A stretch of DNA of 64,000 nucleotides from NCBI GenBank assembly GCA_964016885.1, contig OZ024741.1:116188001-116252000 (forward strand), read 5' to 3'. Positions 57,801-64,000 of the stretch are shown piece after piece; the stretch's first letter is position 1, and every line of letters starts with the position of its first letter. The translations under genes and the position numbers were made by a program. Below the pieces are notes generated by a model. That model saw nothing but the letters and a program-made list of their open reading frames with translations. It was not told the DNA's origin and made no database searches. The stretch comes from Eledone cirrhosa. Its lineage: Eukaryota.

Positions 57801-58465
57801 TGGTGGAGGTGGAGGTGGCAGTGACGACGACGACAAGGTAAGTATGTTATTTATCTCTACACTATCTTTCGGTTGATTTGATCACATTCCTACATATGTT
57901 TTTGCTTTATATGTACATAGAGTCATTTAAGGGATCCAGGCTCTTTATGTTCTGAGTTCAAATTACACTGAGTTTAACACTGACTATTACACTGAGTTTA
58001 ACACTGACTATCAGTCCGATAAAATAAAGTACCAGTCAAATACTGGTAAAAATTTAATTGCCTTTCTCTTCCCATAATATTGCTGACTCTGTGCCTTAAT
58101 CAGAAACCACTATGCTTAAAATAAGGATGATAGGAAGGACAAGTGACAGGTAGAGCATCCAGCTAAAGAAAGCTTGCCAAACAAAGGGTTGGGAGGACCC
58201 CTCAGATATGTCAAAAGACATGACAAACTCTCTTGTGCTGATGCACTCGGGTTGTATGTAAGCGGGGTGCAGACCCCTGGCCTATCTGGGAGGTCAGTGC
58301 CCCGCTTCAGTATTAACATTGTCTTTGAAGACCTGTGCAACCCATGCTAGCAGGGAAAGCAAACATTAAATGATGATGATGAAGAGTAGTCACATCTTTA
58401 TCCATCAAACTACTATCTATAGTTTACTGAGCAAAACTGCTCAGATACAAATACTGTAAACATAA

Positions 58466-59618
58466 TCTATATATATAAAACTGTAGTTGTCTGTGTGTGT
58501 GTGTCCTCATTTTTGCAAAGTCTATACAAATCCACATTTCTACTCCGATTTACTTCAAACTTGCATTTATATATTCCTTGCAGTCTAAAGATATTAACTA
58601 CAGCTTTTATTTTTCAATTTTCTGTTGTTAAAGGGGTGTTAGGCGCCGGTTATCAATCTCCGTCGCGCTCTTATAACATCTGTCTGCATTACGACATTCT
58701 GATGAACATTGATGACGTATTATGTTCGCTATTTTCCGTTCATTGCCAGGGAACATCTTCACGAACCAAAGTATCGTCTTCCTGTTTTCCTTCGGTTGCA
58801 ACATTTTTCGAAATATTTACTTCTGCATTCACAGATTGATTTTTTTAGTTTCAGAAGATCCCGTTAAGGGTGAAAGCAGCGATTCTTTGCTTAAACTTTA
58901 ATCTGTTATTTTAATATATAATATAAGCGAGGCAAGCCAGCCCAATTGCACTTCTTGCCAATAAACATTAACCCTTTGTGCGCCATTCATCTAACTGTAG
59001 ACCAACAAATACCAACTAAACGGAGCATTGACAAGAACGATGGCGAATGAATCTTCGAGGTAAGCAGTTTCCTCCCGAGCTGTTAATTCACACGGGATTC
59101 TCTGCTACACCTTTTCGTAATAATACCGAACAACGTACTGCTGGTCACTCCTTCCTCCAAAAGCCGTACAAAGCGGACATGTGCATCGGGTAGATGGATC
59201 GGGTGCAAATCTACACCAGGCCTACGCGATAAATTCGCAAGGGACTGCACCAACAGGGATAGAGAGAAAGAGTAACTTAGTGGAAAGAGTGCGAATGAAC
59301 TTTTGAGGTAAGTAGCCTACGCCTTACTGCTATGACACTGGAACCTTCTGCCAACTTAACCTGTGACTTTCTCTTTCACATTTACTCCAAAAGGTCAAAA
59401 CAGAGGAGTATGAAAAGAAGGGGTTCAACAATATTTCTATGAACAATGCACGTAGACAGCTAAACTGTACTTTCAACTTCTTAATTTTCTCCAAATAAAA
59501 CAAGTTTCCTGTCGGTATATTTTCGTGAGTTTTTAACAGGCACTCACAAATAAATGTTCCTCATTGGAGGTGCTATTACCAATGTTCTTACCCGTGCAAT
59601 GCCGGGATACACTGCTAG
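58466..59618 (+). mobile_element. Non-autonomous Helitron with Penelope-derived and CpG-rich cargo
   Basis: A|TCTATATATATAAAACTGTAGTTGTCTG start, CCCGTGCAATGCCGGG hairpin, CTGCTAG|T end; 58760-58915 matches 19980-20138. Confidence 0.88.
58832..58905 (+). ncRNA. Type I hammerhead-like fold (U4A variant) inside Helitron
   Basis: Same sequence and fold as 50361-50434. Confidence 0.55.
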
Positions 59619-60527
59619 TATAATATAATATAACTCTAAAGATAGGTTAAAAGATGAATCTAGAAATATATTATATTAACTGCAGCAACACATTACAGAG
59701 ATACTTAAATATTACACACATATATATGCAGACACAAACACACATAGATACACATATACAGACACAAACACACATACACACACATATACAGACACAACAC
59801 ATTCTCAGACTCTAATCTTAGTGTGAAATGATATCTATATATCTATATATCCATTCATTAAAATTCTAACTTGATAAATTTTCTCGTATTTAAAATAATT
59901 TTATTTTTGCTTCACTTCAGCTGCACAAAACACAATTAGACAACGTGCAAGTTGCGTTCTAATCAGTAGCACATGGGTCTCTTCAAGTAGAATAAAAAGA
60001 ACATTTTTTTCTTACTGCATCAGAGTAACATAACACAAGAATATATGCATGTAAGTGTGTGTGTGTGTGTGTGTGTGCATAACATATATGCATCATCATC
60101 AATTAAACTGGATGTTAAATAATTATGATTCATAAACATACATACATATATACATACACACATACATATATACATACATATATACATACACACATACATA
60201 CAAAAATATGTAAACCATTTCAAAAATGTTGCATCTAATAACTGCATATGTACAGATACAAAGCATATACATATTCACACATACAACTCAAATCATCCAC
60301 ATCCACACATACAATAACATCCATATCTACACATGCATGCATGCATAATCTACCTAGTTGATGTGTAAATTCCAATGAGAGAATCTTGTGTCTATGTTAG
60401 AAACCGACTCTCTCTCTATTGGTAAAAATTTGTGAAATTATAAAACCAGAAGAACATACACACACATATACATACATACACACACATATACATACATACA
60501 CACACACACACATACATACATACACAC

Positions 60528-60558
<31 letters not shown>

Positions 60559-60559
60559 C

Positions 60560-60850
60560 AGCCTGCTAATGAAATTAACGTGAAAGTGGCTGAGCATTCC
60601 AGAGAGACATATATCAGAAAGATTCAACATAACACAATATGTGACAAAGCTGGCCCTTTGAATTACAGGTAGAGTCCATCCTACAGGCTTTCAAACAGTT
60701 TCTCTCTACTCAGTTTCATTCAAAAGACTTGGGTCGACACCAAACTATGGTAAATAACAGTTTCCCAAGATGCCAGATTGGGATTGAACCTGTGTCCTAA
60801 TGTTTGATTGCTAAGAGAATTTTTTTTAAATTGAGCCATGATGCGTCCAC
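60560..60850 (-). mobile_element. tRNA SINE (type B)
   Basis: GAAATTAACGTGAAAGTGGCTGAGCATTCC..GCTGGCCCTTTGAATTACAGGTA. Confidence 0.72.
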
Positions 60851-61414
60851 AGTACACATACACCCATACAGAGTAAACAAACGCTTGAAAATCACAATCT
60901 GATATCACAGACTTTACAGAAATAGGCATGGATATATGGCTAAGAAGTTTACTTACAAACACACATATACATCATTATTATACATCCGCTCATTCATGCT
61001 ATATATATATACACACACATACATTTACACATATATCATCTTAAAAGTATGCTACCTAAGAGATATGCAGTATTATTAACAAACCTAATTATTAATACAC
61101 ATACACACACAGAAAACACATCACACACACATACATACATACATAAATATATATATATAGAGATATTTCAAAAGTTAATAATTGGCGAAAAGATATTTAT
61201 AAATGCATATAATATATTTCTAAGTACACATCTTAACTAATAGTAGTTTGATGTTATCAAGACACATGAGAGGGATACACCCATATAATAAAAGTAATTA
61301 GGGGTGTTAAATTTACATTTTGTAGCAGTGGAAATGAAAATATAAGGGAGTACTTTGAATAAGATCATGGGTCTGGAAAAAATTCTAGGAAGAGGAGAAA
61401 GTAAGAACATCATC

Positions 61415-61980
61415 CTTATCATCACCATTTAATGTCTATCTTCCATAGTGGCATGGGTTAGATGGGTTGTCTAACCCTTGGCCTTACTGGTCTAATAACT
61501 ACATCCTGCTCGTATACTCCATTTTTGGCTTGCTTTTCGTGGCTGCATGCCCTTCCTAATGCCAACCATTTTACAGTATGTACTAGGAGAATTTTATTGT
61601 TACTCTGGCACTACTGCCTTACAGGATGGACTAAATGCTTTTTACTGTGACACCAGCACTGCCACCTTACAGTGTGGACAGAGAGCTCTACATCATGGTA
61701 CCACCATATAGGGTGTACTTGGTGCATTTTGTTGTGATACCAGCACTACCAATTTACATGGTGAGCTGGATGCATTTTATTGAGGCACCAGTACTAACCC
61801 TAACAATAGCCCTTCCTAACGCTAACCACTTTACAGCATGTAAAGAGCATTTTATTGTGACTCCAGCACTACCATCTTACAAGGTAGCCAGAGCACTTTT
61901 TATTGAGGAACCAGCACTACTACTTTACAGGGTGGGCTGGGTGCATTTTATCATAGCACTAACTCTAACCCTAACAATAT
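61415..61980 (-). repeat. RTE-tail-derived repeat with degenerate ~45-bp tandem units
   Basis: GCCCTTCCTAA.GC.AACCA.TTTACAG twice; repeated CATTTT..TG...CACCAGCACT units. Confidence 0.55.
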
Positions 61981-62194
61981 ACAGTAAATACAGTAGACAA
62001 AGTGAGCAATATCCAGGAGTCATAACAAAGACATGTAGATAGTGCATGATAGAATAGGACCCTGAAACCTAATATAACTGGTATGTTGTAGTTTGTTTAG
62101 TATTTGTATGTTGTGATTACATATGAAGACAATCACCATATATCTGCTATATAATTGAGAGTATGTATGTATGTATGTATGTATGTATATGAAC

Positions 62195-62350
62195 ACACAC
62201 TGCACATCCTGTCTGTCACGCATTCTGACTAGGACGTAGTCCAAAAGATACCATTCCTTAGATGCAGGATGCATCCATGTGGTCTTAAATTTGTTCTTTT
62301 ACTGGAACATGGTAACACACAGATCCAGCTCCTCACACATCTGCAGCATT
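62195..62350 (-). mobile_element. RTE APE-endonuclease remnant
   Basis: MHPASKEWYLLDYVLVRMRDRQDV resembles the RTE/BovB motif WMHPRSKHWHLIDY. Confidence 0.7.
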
Positions 62351-62364
62351 CAATCTTCTGGGCA

Positions 62365-63517
62365 GGGTAACATCAGGCTGGGCATGCCGTGGCTAATGAT
62401 GCGCAGACACGCGCTCAGGCTACGACATCTCCACCTCTTCCTCGACGGTGATCAGGTGTGGTCGCCGTTTGCTAGATGCGTCTTTCCCCAGCTCATCTCC
62501 TTGACGGAGCTGCAGTCCTGGGTCAAGCGAAGACCGAGAGGGAGCGCTAGGAGACTGGAATGTCTTCAGGCGCTCACAGCCCTCGACCAATCGGGCAATG
62601 TGATTGGTGGAAACTCCACCTTGGCGTTCTATAGAGGATTAGTGGAGGGGAAGAGCGACAATGTACTTGGGGAAACTCTAGGCATCGACGAAAATCAACT
62701 AGCCAATCTCTTTGGAAGAACTTTCGGGCCGGGGCCTATGGACAACTTCCAGAAATCCCTGGCCTGGCAGTGCTACCGAGGAGCTTTGCCAGTTCGGGAT
62801 AAACTCTACAGGCATGGAGGTGCCGTCAGCTGGGCATGTTCGAGATGCGCACAGGGCGATGAAACCATCCTGCATGCACTCGTCCAGTGTCCAAGCATTG
62901 CTGACTTGTGGGTTTATGTCGAACGGATCCGACTATCAGCTGAGTCCATCGTGAGGATTGCCCCGCCCTCTTCCTTTAGCCGGGAAGGGCAGGCAGTTTT
63001 TATCTGTCTGGTGGCCATGGTGAAAGAGTTAGTATGGTGGACACGTCTGAAAGGGCTGAAGACGAGCACTTACCTCTTCGGTGATGCCTTGATTAACTTT
63101 TTCCAATTTCATTTGAAAAGTAAAATCAGGGTAGAGAGGGAGGTGCTCTCTTCCCAGCTTTTTGTTGAAAGATGGGTGAGAGAGTCAAGTATGGCCCGAG
63201 TGAGTGGACCTACTCTGAGTATATGCCTGTAAATTGAAGGTGGAAAACTGGGAGAGGACAATTGCCCTGGTGGTCAGGGTCACCATGGTTTTTTTTAATG
63301 GGCTTTCTCCACGATGGCCCTCGGAAGTCTCCTCACTATTGGGGAATTTTTCATTGTTCTATTATTACATCCTCTGTTTTTTTGTTTTTTTACATGCAGA
63401 AATGCCCATTTGTACCGTCCTGTATTGTCCTGTACTGTCCTTAATGTCTACTTTGTGTAAACCCTTGTGGTTAATAAAGAAAGCATTATTATTGATATTA
63501 TTATTATTATTATTATG
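62365..63517 (+). mobile_element. L1/Tx1-clade LINE 3' fragment (zf-RVT region, 3' UTR, AATAAA, (ATT)n tail)
   Basis: FQKSLAW..YRGALPV..CSRC..DETILHALVQCP..W zinc knuckle; AATAAA at ~63473. Confidence 0.85.
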
Positions 63518-64000
63518 TTGTTTTTGTTTTTTTTTCTCGTGCAATGGCCATACTCGATAACGAGAGGGCAGCCATCATCATGTATGTATATATGTTTGTA
63601 TGTATATATTTTGTATGTATGTATGTTGTGTCGTAGAGAAAAATGGATTTTATTTTCAAAATCTGTTCCCAAGAAGATTTTTGGGTGCAAAAAGAAAAAA
63701 AAAAGAAAATAGTAATACTATCAATTAGAGATACTAAGACAATTTAAGTAGTCTGGATTTTATTGATCATCTCATGCATTCCTTCAACGTGACACTATTA
63801 TTCCAACCATCCATGCCGTCAACAGGGGGAATTGTTTTCACTATAAAGCAGAGAGTTTTCCTCACAGGGGTCATCCAATGTTTACGTGAAGACACCCACA
63901 CTAAAGTACACAAAAAGCCGCTGACACCGCTTCAACATTCAGCTCCACTGAATAAATTTTCATAGAAACCACCTTGAGGATGATTGACGATTCACAGGAA

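Overview
AT-rich, repeat-saturated animal DNA, intronic or intergenic. No host protein-coding gene could be supported. The SINE/LINE repertoire (tRNA-headed CORE-like and Nin/Deu-like SINEs, RTE with (GAT)n tails, Dong/R4, CR1) suggests an octopod cephalopod (inference). Retroelements: several RTE-clade LINE copies, two with a PHD finger inside the RT and one with a twin-priming-type 5' inversion; CR1, L1/Tx1 and Dong/R4 remnants; a Penelope-like GIY-YIG fragment between inverted repeats; many SINEs. DNA transposons: an internally deleted DD37D Tc1/mariner element, MITEs and three non-autonomous Helitrons. Tandem repeats: an ~8.3 kb (TA)n-TTG array and two minisatellites. The most interesting signal is a set of type I hammerhead-ribozyme-like folds read by eye. 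They sit at the inner ends of short fold-back elements (one with an intact CUGAUGA/GAAA/UH core at 15129-15186, minus strand) and downstream of the Penelope endonuclease, and that same Penelope hammerhead segment is carried as cargo inside two Helitrons. All alignments and folds were done by eye and coordinates of degenerate repeats are approximate.
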